From a virus (Duplodnaviria; Caudoviricetes): 58,391 nt of DNA. Where the stretch lies: positions 1-58,391 of the IMG/VR virus record IMGVR_UViG_3300020580_000002; one strand, given 5' to 3'. Of the stretch, positions 1 to 8,488 are shown one piece after another. The stretch's first letter is position 1; each line of letters starts with the position of its first letter. The position numbers and the translations under genes were made by a program. Below the pieces are notes generated by a model. It worked only from the letters and a program-made list of their open reading frames with translations. It was not told where the DNA came from and did no database searches.

Positions 1-127
1 CCACAAATAGGCTGATAGCCAGAAGGCACGCCACCGCTGCCAAAGTTATGCGCATTGATAGCCACCTCGCCATGGCACACAAAGCACTCCGCCTTGGTGT
101 GCGGCTCACGGTGCACGTTGGCACAGG
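1..127. repeat. Terminal direct repeat, left copy (127 bp; probably assembler k-mer overlap marking a circular contig)
   Basis: 1-127 is identical to 58265-58391. Confidence 0.95.
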
Positions 128-178
128 CGCGCCAAGGCATGCAGATGAGCAGTGCTTGTTCGCGTTTGTTATCCTTGT

Positions 179-364
179 TTACCATTTAGTACCTCCTCGC
201 CAATGGCCCACATGAAACGCCGGGCAGTACTTGCACTTATACGCTTGAACATACTCACCGGACTTCTTATATATAGCACGCGACGCCGCGATTGCTGCTG
301 CTATCTTCTTGTACTTCACCTTGGTGCCACATGCCTTACGGCGTAACCTGCGCTTGCTGGCCAT
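179..364 (-). CDS. Small basic Zn-finger-like phage protein
   Basis: C...YKCKYC..FHVGH motif; tightly packed with neighbours. Confidence 0.75.
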   Translation of the reverse strand: MASKRRLRRKACGTKVKYKKIAAAIAASRAIYKKSGEYVQAYKCKYCPAFHVGHWRGGTKW

Positions 365-794
365 CGCTGGTCACCTCCGGCAGCAGCCTCGAACCTGCAA
401 AGAACTTCTCGCACATAGCCAAGTGGCCCGCCAGCGCTTCAGCCTCAGTTGAGTACCTCACCTGGTCAAGGTCAGGATGGTAGGTGCGCTTGCGAGTGTT
501 CAGCTTGCGCGCCTGTTCGTTCAGCAACTTCGCGTTCGGAAAGTCGGGGTCATCCTCAGGAAAGGTGTCAGGCCAGGTGAACTCCTGCTCCTCGGCCGCA
601 AACGCCATGCTCTCAAAGATGAGCGGCGGCCCCTTGTCGTCCCAGGAGTGATTCAGCCCAAGGAACACCGTGCTCACAAAGATGCCATTAGGCAGATGGC
701 TCTGGCACACGATACGGTCAGCACGCTCAAAGCGCTCTGCCCACGTGTCACGGTCAGCAGGCGTACCGTCTCTGTTGTAGTACATTTGGTACAC
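336..794 (-). CDS. Conserved phage hypothetical protein
   Basis: VSTVFLGLNH..PPLIFESM..RYSTEAEALAGH motifs recalled from small phage proteins. Confidence 0.75.
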   Translation of the reverse strand: MYQMYYNRDGTPADRDTWAERFERADRIVCQSHLPNGIFVSTVFLGLNHSWDDKGPPLIFESMAFAAEEQEFTWPDTFPEDDPDFPNAKLLNEQARKLNTRKRTYHPDLDQVRYSTEAEALAGHLAMCEKFFAGSRLLPEVTSDGQQAQVTP

Positions 795-797
795 GCT

Positions 798-1193
798 TTA
801 GTCCTGCACCTTCTCAACCTGCTCAGCAGCAGGTCCGTCAGGCGGCAATCCCCTCCGCCAGCGAATATGACGCAACCTCTCCTTGATGAGCGCCAGGTTC
901 TCAACAGGGTCGTCATTGTTGACGCCAGCAAACAACGAAGCAGCTTCATAATCGGTCAGCCCCAGGAGCTGTTGGGCTTCAATACGTATAGCGTACTGCC
1001 TCGGTGCCGCCCATTCCGAGACATCCTTCGACAGCAACACCGTCCACCCCGCAAAACACGCAGTGGTGCCACAGTAGCTGCGGTCCTGCTCCTTGTCGCG
1101 CAGGCTGCACCAAGTATTCTGGTCATACTCGTCAGGATTCGCTTCAATGTGCCGCAACACGCAAGCAATCAGTTTTTCGTTTAGTTCAGGCAT
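798..1193 (-). CDS. Hypothetical protein, CGTTxCFAGW family (paralog 1)
   Basis: ATG at 1193 after a GGGGAG SD; shares LNxKLIxCVLxHIE, YDQNxW and CGTTxCFAGW with the next gene. Confidence 0.8.
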   Translation of the reverse strand: MPELNEKLIACVLRHIEANPDEYDQNTWCSLRDKEQDRSYCGTTACFAGWTVLLSKDVSEWAAPRQYAIRIEAQQLLGLTDYEAASLFAGVNNDDPVENLALIKERLRHIRWRRGLPPDGPAAEQVEKVQD

Positions 1194-1629
1194 GTGTTCT
1201 CCCCTTCTCGTTGACAACATCGCTCAGGTACACTCCGCGCTCGCGCGCCTCACGAATGTTCTCAAGGCGCTCTTTGACCTTCTCAAGCTGGAAGCGCTTG
1301 CTGCCAGAGCAGCTATCGAACAGATAGTTCGCCTCATCTTCCTCTAGGCCCAGTTTCTCGGCAGCATTGTCGGCCCAGTTAAACACATCGTTGCTCCAGC
1401 CCTTGTGCAGTCCAAACTTCTCATACCACTCCTCTCGCGGCGTGCTCAGCATGCAAGCCCATCCGGCAAAGCAGCCCGTAGTACCGCACTTGAGCACCTG
1501 CGCGCCGCGCGTCCTGATGTTGGCCCACAGGTTTTGGTCATAGGCACCACTGCCCTTTTCAACCTCATGCTCAATATGCTCCAGCACGCAGTTGATGAGT
1601 TTGTCGTTTAGTTTTGGTTTGGTGCTCAT
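1186..1629 (-). CDS. Hypothetical protein, CGTTxCFAGW family (paralog 2)
   Basis: Clear paralogy to 798-1193; overlapping start/stop. Confidence 0.8.
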   Translation of the reverse strand: MSTKPKLNDKLINCVLEHIEHEVEKGSGAYDQNLWANIRTRGAQVLKCGTTGCFAGWACMLSTPREEWYEKFGLHKGWSNDVFNWADNAAEKLGLEEDEANYLFDSCSGSKRFQLEKVKERLENIREARERGVYLSDVVNEKGRTHA

Positions 1630-1973
1630 GTGCGGTTAGCCCTCTGCCACTCTAGCATGTCATCAATCCAGCTCTTGACGGCGATGTCGTCGTCATCGTA
1701 TTCACAGAACGCCTTGACACATTCCTGCTTGTTCTTGCTGCCGTCGTTCAGGACAGGTATGGTGTCAGGCGCGTTACCCTCGCCAAGATTTTCGAGCGTT
1801 CTGTTGGTCACTCCGGCATGCTTAGCAATCTGCCCAATCATGCAGTAGCTGTAGCGCCCGTCGTCCTCCTTGCGAATGACGGCGCCATTGTTCCACCTCA
1901 AATGCGAGCGTGACAGCATGCGAGCCAGCTCTTTGCCGGTCATGCGCTCTTTTACTTTGATGCGCTTTATCAT
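1626..1973 (-). CDS. Hypothetical protein
   Basis: GAGGAG SD; ATGA coupling to the next gene. Confidence 0.75.
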   Translation of the reverse strand: MIKRIKVKERMTGKELARMLSRSHLRWNNGAVIRKEDDGRYSYCMIGQIAKHAGVTNRTLENLGEGNAPDTIPVLNDGSKNKQECVKAFCEYDDDDIAVKSWIDDMLEWQRANRT

Positions 1974-1999
1974 CGTTCACTCCTCTTTTTGGGATGACC

Positions 2000-2027
2000 A
2001 CAATAGCAGCAGCACCAGGATAGTCAA
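2000..2027 (-). promoter_or_regulatory. Putative sigma70-type leftward promoter
   Basis: Minus strand TTGACT-16 nt-TATTGT with TG extension, in a divergent intergenic region. Confidence 0.45.
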
Positions 2028-2170
2028 GACCCAGTACTGCACTTTTACAAAAATCTAGTTGACACATTTTGTCAGTGGTGATAGAAAGGCACCGTAGTCG
2101 TCCTGCCAAAACGTGCGTTGAAGGGGTGGGGCCACTCCACGGCCCCATTCCGCTCCTGTGGAGGGAGAAC

Positions 2171-3070
2171 ATGGTAAGCGAATACCTCATAGACCAAATC
2201 CTGCCACGCCGCGAAGTGCACCTTATAGCTGGTCCAAGCGGTGCCGGTAAGAGCACCTGGGCACTTCAAACACTTGTTGAGCAGTGGCAGGTTGGCAAAG
2301 AGGTACTAGGCTATAAGAGCTTTCCTGTCCCATGGCTGTACGTCTCAGGCGACCGCTCCATGGAGAGCGTTGAGCGCACCCTTAGGCGCATTGGCATCCC
2401 ACGCAGCAACATCAACGTTTTCAGTTGCATAGACACTCGTGTGTTCAACATTGGCAGCATCATTAAGAAGGCTATGACTGCCCCTGTACCACCGCGCTTC
2501 TTCTTTTTCGAGGGTTTCATCTCGCTCATGCTCGCCAGTGGCCTCAAGAATGAGTACAAAGACGTATCGTGGTTCCTCACCGGGCTGACCGCTACCTGCA
2601 AGGAGCAAGACATCACCATCCTTGGCTCTTGCCACGCCCCCAAAATGAAGAGTGATTCTTGGTACATGAACCCTCGCGAACGCATCCTTGGCAGTGCAGG
2701 TTGGGGTGGGTTCTGCGAAACTATTATCGTCATAGAGCCAGTTACTAGTACTGGGAACGTGGCAGACGCTTTGCCCCTTCGGCGCTTATATGTGCTGCCC
2801 CGCAACGCAGCCGAAAGGTCCATTGACCTAGTCTTCGACACCAACGGCCGGTTAGTAGAGTCCGAAGCTGAATTGTACACAGCTCTCTTCACAGCCTTCT
2901 TAGGCAAGTTCGCCGCTGGCGCCACTTTCAAGGCAGAAGCAGCTTACGAAACCCTCACGGACGCTGGTCTGTCTAGAGCCACCGTGACACGTTACCTGGA
3001 CAAAGCTGTCGCCGACGGCCGACTATCGAAGGTCGCACATGGAACGTATGCTGTAAACAGGGTAGCGTGA
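2171..3070 (+). CDS. RecA-like (AAA_25/RepA-type) helicase with C-terminal HTH
   Basis: Walker A GPSGAGKS; H-x-x-K and ILGS motifs; C-terminal LSRATVTRYL; ATG at 2171 after GGAG. Confidence 0.75.
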   Translation: MVSEYLIDQILPRREVHLIAGPSGAGKSTWALQTLVEQWQVGKEVLGYKSFPVPWLYVSGDRSMESVERTLRRIGIPRSNINVFSCIDTRVFNIGSIIKKAMTAPVPPRFFFFEGFISLMLASGLKNEYKDVSWFLTGLTATCKEQDITILGSCHAPKMKSDSWYMNPRERILGSAGWGGFCETIIVIEPVTSTGNVADALPLRRLYVLPRNAAERSIDLVFDTNGRLVESEAELYTALFTAFLGKFAAGATFKAEAAYETLTDAGLSRATVTRYLDKAVADGRLSKVAHGTYAVNRVA

Positions 3071-3230
3071 GCATTTGGCAGTTTTTGGTGCTTATGTGCC
3101 TGATAATAAAAGGGTTGACGAAATGCTCATCAAATGCTCAACCAAATGCTCATGAGCATAAGGTGAGCATATGTGAGTATTTGGGTTATATTTATTATTT
3201 TCTTGTACTTACAGACCAAATGCTCACGAA
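3068..3230. repeat. Iterated (C)AAATGCTCA direct/inverted repeats with an AT-rich tract; putative replication origin
   Basis: Direct copies at ~3121, 3131, 3142, 3216; inverted TGAGCAT/TGAGTAT at ~3068, 3153, 3164, 3174; AT-rich 3186-3210; immediately after the helicase. Confidence 0.6.
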
Positions 3231-3254
3231 TACCCCAATCTAAGGAGCGCAAAA

Positions 3255-3560
3255 ATGTCACTAGCGATTGATGTTGACAGAGTGTGCCAGGTGCTACTAA
3301 AAGACGGTTGGCACATGGTCGAGGATGACTCGTTCGAGATAGATGCGTACGAATACATACGCGAGGCAGATGGTAGCGATGATAACCCATACCCGCTGCG
3401 CCTTGGTGGCGGTGAAGAGGAACTGCTACCTTCTCGCGGTGCGCGTTGGAGCGAGCAGAACGGTCCTGAGAGGTTCGTCGTAAGTTGTCCGCTTACGGCC
3501 ATACTTGCGGTGCGCGAGAGGGTAGCAGCGATAAAGCACAAGAAAGCTAAGTCTGCTTAA
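3255..3560 (+). CDS. Hypothetical protein
   Basis: TAAGGAG SD; 101 aa. Confidence 0.7.
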   Translation: MSLAIDVDRVCQVLLKDGWHMVEDDSFEIDAYEYIREADGSDDNPYPLRLGGGEEELLPSRGARWSEQNGPERFVVSCPLTAILAVRERVAAIKHKKAKSA

Positions 3561-3889
3561 TCGCGAAATATGGCACCCGACCTCACGTGCTCCGCCAACT
3601 CAGCCAGCTCATCAGCAACGATGTTGCGAAAGATGCCCTTGACGTCTTTCTCTTGGAGCCACTCTAGGAAGGAGCGCCTGAAGGCATAGGCGAAGGTTGG
3701 CGTGCCTCCTGACTCGTTCCAGCCTAGTTTGAGGACCAGGACGACCTTCTCACCAGGGCTGTCGTTGAAGACGCGCTCGCGGCTGATGTTCTGTTCGGTC
3801 TTGGACCAAGGGCTGTCGTCTGCTGCGTTGATGGGCTTGGTCGGGCCAGGTATAGCATTAGGGGGCTCAGGTTCGTGTTTTGGTATCAT
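3557..3889 (-). CDS. Hypothetical protein
   Basis: Likely ATG at 3889 after GAGGA; convergent with 3255-3560. Confidence 0.6.
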   Translation of the reverse strand: MIPKHEPEPPNAIPGPTKPINAADDSPWSKTEQNISRERVFNDSPGEKVVLVLKLGWNESGGTPTFAYAFRRSFLEWLQEKDVKGIFRNIVADELAELAEHVRSGAIFRD

Positions 3890-4043
3890 GCTGTTATCCT
3901 CTGACCTAGTCGGTCTGTCCAAGCGGCCATTATGCCCCAAAGTATCATGCACAGGAAGCGCACAAAGCCGTTGTCGTTTGGCCACCATGACAGGAGTATG
4001 GCTATAGCTATTGTCGAATACAGCCAGCGCAGGTAACGGGCCT

Positions 4044-4421
4044 TCATGCATCCTCCCTTTCAATCTCGTCAACAGCGTTCCATTCGGCTTCGGTAGGCAC
4101 TGGTGGGAGAGCACCATAGCAGCGATGTATCAAAAACGCCGCACAGGGCGCCAGCGCCACGATCACCAGCCAGTTGAGTACGAAGTCTAGCCAGGTGACC
4201 GATGTCGCTGCCACGGGCTTGCCAGCCAGCAATACCACCACTGCTGCGAGCCAGTGGGACACGCACCAGGGGCACTTGCTGAGGTCCCAAGCGAACTCAC
4301 CCCCATGCCTATGGAACCACCACCTCACCTCACGAAACATGCGTGACCTGGCTAGCGTCATGCTCAATGAGCCTACCGCTATAGACTCCATCAACAGCTT
4401 ACCTATCTCTGTCATCACCAT
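4044..4421 (-). CDS. DUF1360-like membrane protein with CPWC motif
   Basis: Hydrophobic helices flanking LSKCPWCVSHW; similar to 41993-42322. Confidence 0.65.
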   Translation of the reverse strand: MVMTEIGKLLMESIAVGSLSMTLARSRMFREVRWWFHRHGGEFAWDLSKCPWCVSHWLAAVVVLLAGKPVAATSVTWLDFVLNWLVIVALAPCAAFLIHRCYGALPPVPTEAEWNAVDEIEREDA

Positions 4422-4521
4422 CCCCCTTTGGCCTGAACACCTCTCGCCACCTGCGTACCATGCCTCTGAGCACCAAGACTAGTACCAGTACCATGCCAGC
4501 CCACTTCAGCAACAGCAACAT
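4399..4521 (-). CDS. Possible 40-aa single-pass membrane peptide (absent from the ORF track)
   Basis: MLLLLKWAGMVLVLVLVLRGMVRRWREVFRPKGDGDDRDR fills the gap between neighbours. Confidence 0.4.
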   Translation of the reverse strand: MLLLLKWAGMVLVLVLVLRGMVRRWREVFRPKGDGDDRDR

Positions 4522-4733
4522 GGCGGCCTGCGCTTTTTGCGTACCCGGTCTGCTTCCTGAGCCGCCTTGAGCGCATCGTCCATGACCTTCTTGCGCTTCA
4601 AAGCGTCAGCAGCATCCTTCAGCGCTCGCTGCATAGCATCAGTACTGCCTACGTCAACAGGTACTGGTACTTGCTCGTCGGTACCAGTACTGCCCGTTCC
4701 AACCGGTCGTTTGCGCTGCAACTGTTCGCTCAT
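4506..4733 (-). CDS. Small Pup-like disordered/helical protein ending CCCC
   Basis: MSEQLQRKRPVGTGSTG.. N-terminus followed by a predicted helix; similar N-terminus to 4730-4975. Confidence 0.7.
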   Translation of the reverse strand: MSEQLQRKRPVGTGSTGTDEQVPVPVDVGSTDAMQRALKDAADALKRKKVMDDALKAAQEADRVRKKRRPPCCCC

Positions 4734-4975
4734 CTTGCCCCCTTTCGCGTACCATCCCTAAGCGTTATCGGGTCTTCATGGCCATCGCATCCATCGTGTA
4801 CACACGCATGGCACCAACAGCCACTAGAGCATGGGCCAAACTTCTGCTCCAACGCCGCTTCAATCGCACTGTTGAGTGCTGTCGTGGGTGGCACCTCAAC
4901 GGTCCTAAACTCCGCTTCAGTACTAGTACCATCCACACCACCACTGCCCGGCCTGCGCTTGCGCTGTTGGCTCAT
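4730..4975 (-). CDS. Small Pup-like protein with Cys/His-rich tail
   Basis: MSQQRKRRPGSGG..TTALNSAIEAALEQ then CSSGCWCHACVHDGC. Confidence 0.7.
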   Translation of the reverse strand: MSQQRKRRPGSGGVDGTSTEAEFRTVEVPPTTALNSAIEAALEQKFGPCSSGCWCHACVHDGCDGHEDPITLRDGTRKGAR

Positions 4976-4979
4976 GTGC

Positions 4980-5204
4980 TCACTCCCCCCTGTTGCTCAT
5001 AGCTGTATCAATGGCTGCGTACATACGGTCCCAGCCGATGTCCTGAAGGGCAATCTTGACCACTACGGACTCGCTGAACATTGGTACCCTGCTATCGTGA
5101 CCGATAGCTGTGCGTTCAGGTATAACTACCTTGCCTGCTACCAAGTCTCGAAAGTCTTTCTCACTTAGCGAAATGCGAACTTCGGTCAGCTTGTCTGTGG
5201 CCAT
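4980..5204 (-). CDS. Hypothetical protein
   Basis: ATG at 5204 after AGGAGG, directly behind the ATPase stop. Confidence 0.65.
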   Translation of the reverse strand: MATDKLTEVRISLSEKDFRDLVAGKVVIPERTAIGHDSRVPMFSESVVVKIALQDIGWDRMYAAIDTAMSNRGE

Positions 5205-5205
5205 A

Positions 5206-6621
5206 TCAGCCTCCTTGCACCGCTCCCTGAATCTTCGCAACACCCTCGACCTTGACCCCATGCCGCTCAGCGTAATCCTCAATCTCCAACCGGTGGCTCA
5301 AGCGCAGGTGCTCTAAGTAAACACCCTCGAACGCAGCATCAATGTCACCCTCACAAAGCGCACCACTCTTATGCCCACCAGCTACGCACCTATGAATAGC
5401 CTTAGCACTAGCCTGCTCCACTAGGCCAGCTATCATGGCACCACTTACTGTATGGTACATGTGAAAGGTAACTGTACCTTTACTGGTACGTAACTGATAC
5501 AAAGGGTACGCATCACTAAACAGTTTCGATGCTGCGTACCCCGGCATGTTGTCACCGCTCACTGGTATGTCACGCAGGTGTATAGCAAAGATGCGAATGG
5601 TCGCATTCAGGTCCGGTGGCGCGACATACACCTTACGGTCAATCCTGCCCGGCCTGGTGACTGCGCTGTCAAGCATGTCGGCCCTGTTGGTGGCCAGTAG
5701 CACAATCGCACCACTCTCTTCCAGACCATCCATCTCACTGAGAAACTGAGGCACAATGGTGTGCTCCATGCCTGACGCGGTACGACTCCCACGTGCAGTC
5801 AACAGCGCATCAGCCTCGTCAATGAAAATAACAGCAGGCCACCCATGCTGCGCCTGGTGCTTGCGAGCCTGCTCAAACAGCCCCCTGATCATCGACTCGG
5901 TCTCACCCACCCACTTTGACAGCAGCTCCGGCCCTTTGATGTAGATGAACGCGCCCGGCACAGTGCGCTTGCCATGGGCAGCAGCAATAGCGCTCACCGT
6001 TGCCTTACCGAGCAGCGTCTTACCATTGCCAGGCAACCCATGCAGCAGCACTCCACGGGCGTGGCGCTTGCCAAAGTGTTTGTAAAGAGCAGCATGCGTA
6101 TAAGGCATCTCCACACTTTCACGCAGCGCCAGCTTGGCATCCTCCAACCCGCCAACATCGTCCCACGTGACGTGCGTATCAGTCGTGAACGCAAACTTGG
6201 GCGGCTTCGTCAGCTTAAGCATGATGACCGTTGACGAGCCATCCATTACCACCTCATCTCCAACCTCAACCGGCACTCGCGTGCTGGCCACCGTCACCGT
6301 ACCCTGCTCCACAGCCACCTGCCAAAAGTCCTTTTCAACCTTGACAACAGTCCCGGTCATCCCATAGGTATCAAACGGCAGAGTACCCACCACCATCCCA
6401 GTAGGTGCCACCTGCACACAATCACCCACCTTCAACGCCTTGCTAGGCATGGGCACCACCGACCCATTACTCAACAACACCTGCTTGCCCTTGACGCTCG
6501 TAACACTAGCCACCTTCGCCGGTATCGCCGTTAGTTCCTCTAACAGCGCCTGCTGCTCGGCAATCTTAGCCTGCGCTTGACGCAGCAACACTTCCATGTT
6601 GTTATCCAACTGAGCCATCAT
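5206..6621 (-). CDS. ARC/Mpa-like proteasomal AAA+ ATPase
   Basis: N-terminal coiled coil and two OB-like beta regions; TWDDVGGL; Walker A GLPGNGKT; IKGPELLSKWVGETE; Walker B IFIDEAD; IVPQFLSEMDG; RPGRIDRK; SGAMI. Confidence 0.9.
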   Translation of the reverse strand: MMAQLDNNMEVLLRQAQAKIAEQQALLEELTAIPAKVASVTSVKGKQVLLSNGSVVPMPSKALKVGDCVQVAPTGMVVGTLPFDTYGMTGTVVKVEKDFWQVAVEQGTVTVASTRVPVEVGDEVVMDGSSTVIMLKLTKPPKFAFTTDTHVTWDDVGGLEDAKLALRESVEMPYTHAALYKHFGKRHARGVLLHGLPGNGKTLLGKATVSAIAAAHGKRTVPGAFIYIKGPELLSKWVGETESMIRGLFEQARKHQAQHGWPAVIFIDEADALLTARGSRTASGMEHTIVPQFLSEMDGLEESGAIVLLATNRADMLDSAVTRPGRIDRKVYVAPPDLNATIRIFAIHLRDIPVSGDNMPGYAASKLFSDAYPLYQLRTSKGTVTFHMYHTVSGAMIAGLVEQASAKAIHRCVAGGHKSGALCEGDIDAAFEGVYLEHLRLSHRLEIEDYAERHGVKVEGVAKIQGAVQGG

Positions 6622-6857
6622 CGCCCCCCTTTCGAATCATCCTTGCAGCCAATATCATCGTCGCTGACGTGCACAGTGATAGGCGCGCTGCTCTCAATCA
6701 AAAACGTCACGCGCTTGCCGCCACGATAGGCAGCAGCCCAAAACACACCCGTGTCCATGCGCTCTAATCTGAACAGGTCAGCCGTGACCGCCACATCATC
6801 CACCTGGCCAGCAGCATCCAAGCGCACAGCACTCCACACCTTATCGGCCATGCTCAC
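6618..6857 (-). CDS. Hypothetical protein
   Basis: Coupled to the ATPase start. Confidence 0.6.
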   Translation of the reverse strand: MSMADKVWSAVRLDAAGQVDDVAVTADLFRLERMDTGVFWAAAYRGGKRVTFLIESSAPITVHVSDDDIGCKDDSKGGR

Positions 6858-6888
6858 CCCCAGTTTTGATAGATTTACTACAGGTTAA

Positions 6889-7146
6889 CTAATGCTGTGT
6901 AACTTCTCGGACGCGCGTGCCAAGAATCCACACTGGCACCTTTGGCGTATCCATCCATTCGACGCAATATACGAACCGCGCCGGATAACTCTCACTCAGC
7001 GGCCCCATGCTGCCGATGACAGTGCCCAGTGCGCCATCCCGGTGGGCATCACCGTTGGCGGTGCCAGTTTTCTCAACCGTTGCGCCATTTTTTATCGCAC
7101 CGTCAGCCTGACCACGAAACTCAAACGCTCTCCATTGACCACTCAT
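6889..7146 (-). CDS. Hypothetical SH3-like small protein
   Basis: ATGA coupling; GTVIG..YCVEW pattern. Confidence 0.6.
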   Translation of the reverse strand: MSGQWRAFEFRGQADGAIKNGATVEKTGTANGDAHRDGALGTVIGSMGPLSESYPARFVYCVEWMDTPKVPVWILGTRVREVTQH

Positions 7147-7376
7147 TGTTTCTCCAGCACTGCTTTCACAGCAGCCTCCTCAGCATCTTCCTTCTCAAAA
7201 TCTGTCCACAAAAAGTGGCAAGCAGGACAGTCATACACTGGCGCATAGTACTCAGTCGTACCTGCCTCACCATGTCTGCCCCTGACAGGCGCTTGGAACT
7301 TTTCAATTCTCATCACCGTGTCCCAGTTGCCGCAGTTCGGACATTCCTTGCTCACTCTGCCACCCCCAAGCGCCAA
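7143..7376 (-). CDS. Zn-ribbon protein (true start probably GTG near 7355)
   Basis: CPNC and CPAC pairs. Confidence 0.65.
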   Translation of the reverse strand: MALGGGRVSKECPNCGNWDTVMRIEKFQAPVRGRHGEAGTTEYYAPVYDCPACHFLWTDFEKEDAEEAAVKAVLEKQ

Positions 7377-8053
7377 GCAGGCACAATGTTCTGCTCCAGC
7401 TTGCCCTTGTCACCATCAAGCCCCTTGCGCTGATCGTTACATTCACCCCACTCGATGCGTTCACCCATACGAATGCCCTTTTCACCATCATCAGTGCTCA
7501 CCAGCTTGCCCTCTGGATGGCGCTTGTAGAGCATGATCACGCCAACAGCCGTCGCATCAGGATAGATACAGTTAATGGTGAGCGCCTCTTGACGGTCAGG
7601 ATGCTCACTAGGTCTGCCCGCCTGGCGCTGCCACTCCTCAGACTGCTCCTTCGTCAAATCCTTTGGCGTCACCAAACACCACCCATCCGTCACTAACACC
7701 ATAGCAGCAGCTTGATGCTTGGCACAAAACTCACTCAACCCCCGACCAATCTCCCGCTTAGCCCTTGGCCCATTCCAGCCTTCAGGTATCAGGGCCACCA
7801 GCACATGCGGCCCTTGATTCAAAGGCGCATACACCATAGCCATGGGCATGAAGTCTGCGCCCTTCGCTGCTGTCTCGACCAACATGCTGCGCGCCAACTC
7901 CACAGCCTCATCAAACATGGCCTCCACACTCTCGGTCTGCGGCTTCTGGTGCTCATCAGCAGGCACAGGCGCATGTACGAACTCAACCGGCCCATAAGTT
8001 TCGTTTTTGCCCCTTGCTGACCACTTTTTGAGCACGTCGTCAAGGTCGCTCAT
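7352..8053 (-). CDS. Hypothetical protein
   Basis: 233-aa ORF coupled on both sides. Confidence 0.75.
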   Translation of the reverse strand: MSDLDDVLKKWSARGKNETYGPVEFVHAPVPADEHQKPQTESVEAMFDEAVELARSMLVETAAKGADFMPMAMVYAPLNQGPHVLVALIPEGWNGPRAKREIGRGLSEFCAKHQAAAMVLVTDGWCLVTPKDLTKEQSEEWQRQAGRPSEHPDRQEALTINCIYPDATAVGVIMLYKRHPEGKLVSTDDGEKGIRMGERIEWGECNDQRKGLDGDKGKLEQNIVPAWRLGVAE

Positions 8054-8337
8054 GCTGCACCCCCTTTCACCACACCACAGCGCTTGACATGCCTCACCAG
8101 CGAGCGCCTGTCTATAAATCCAAACTCACCACACTTGGCACACTTGCGCTCATCGCGACGGGCCTTCAGCCGCTTGCGCCTACGCTCCCCACGTGCTGCC
8201 TTAAGCATCTCACTGTGCCCAATGATGCCTGCGAAGCTGCCCCACCGCGACTTGGCAGCCTTACGACCACCGCGTCCATGTTTTCTAGTACCGCCTCTAC
8301 CTGGCATTGCCCACCACCTTTGCCTGTTCGTCATCAC
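8050..8337 (-). CDS. Basic protein with C2HC-like Zn finger
   Basis: R/K-rich; CAKC..H...C. Confidence 0.55.
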   Translation of the reverse strand: MMTNRQRWWAMPGRGGTRKHGRGGRKAAKSRWGSFAGIIGHSEMLKAARGERRRKRLKARRDERKCAKCGEFGFIDRRSLVRHVKRCGVVKGGAA

Positions 8338-8488
8338 GGAACGCTTTAGTCTCAGTCAGCAACCACTCAGTGCGTTCCCATGCGCTGATCAACTTCATCT
8401 CACGCAGGTCAAGCTGCATCTGGTGCAGCTCACTCAGCAGCCTGTTAAACCTAGCTGTGCGAATGTCTTTGTCAGTCATCACATTCAT
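8297..8488 (-). CDS. Hypothetical protein
   Basis: Packed in the leftward gene run. Confidence 0.5.
   Translation of the reverse strand: MNVMTDKDIRTARFNRLLSELHQMQLDLREMKLISAWERTEWLLTETKAFRDDEQAKVVGNAR

Noticed and set aside
1-127. 127-bp terminal repeat as a biological DTR
   Set aside because: The length equals a common assembler k-mer and it falls inside an ORF that reads across the junction, so it most likely only signals circularity
4506-4521. Terminal CCCC as a definite metal or lipidation site
   Set aside because: It overlaps ATG TTG CTG TTG CTG of a possible downstream peptide, so it may be a by-product of the overlap; kept only as a caveat
5206-5220. ATPase C-terminal GG as a ubiquitin-like conjugation end
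   Set aside because: These codons double as the AGGAGG SD of the next gene, and no E1 or PafA-like enzyme is encoded
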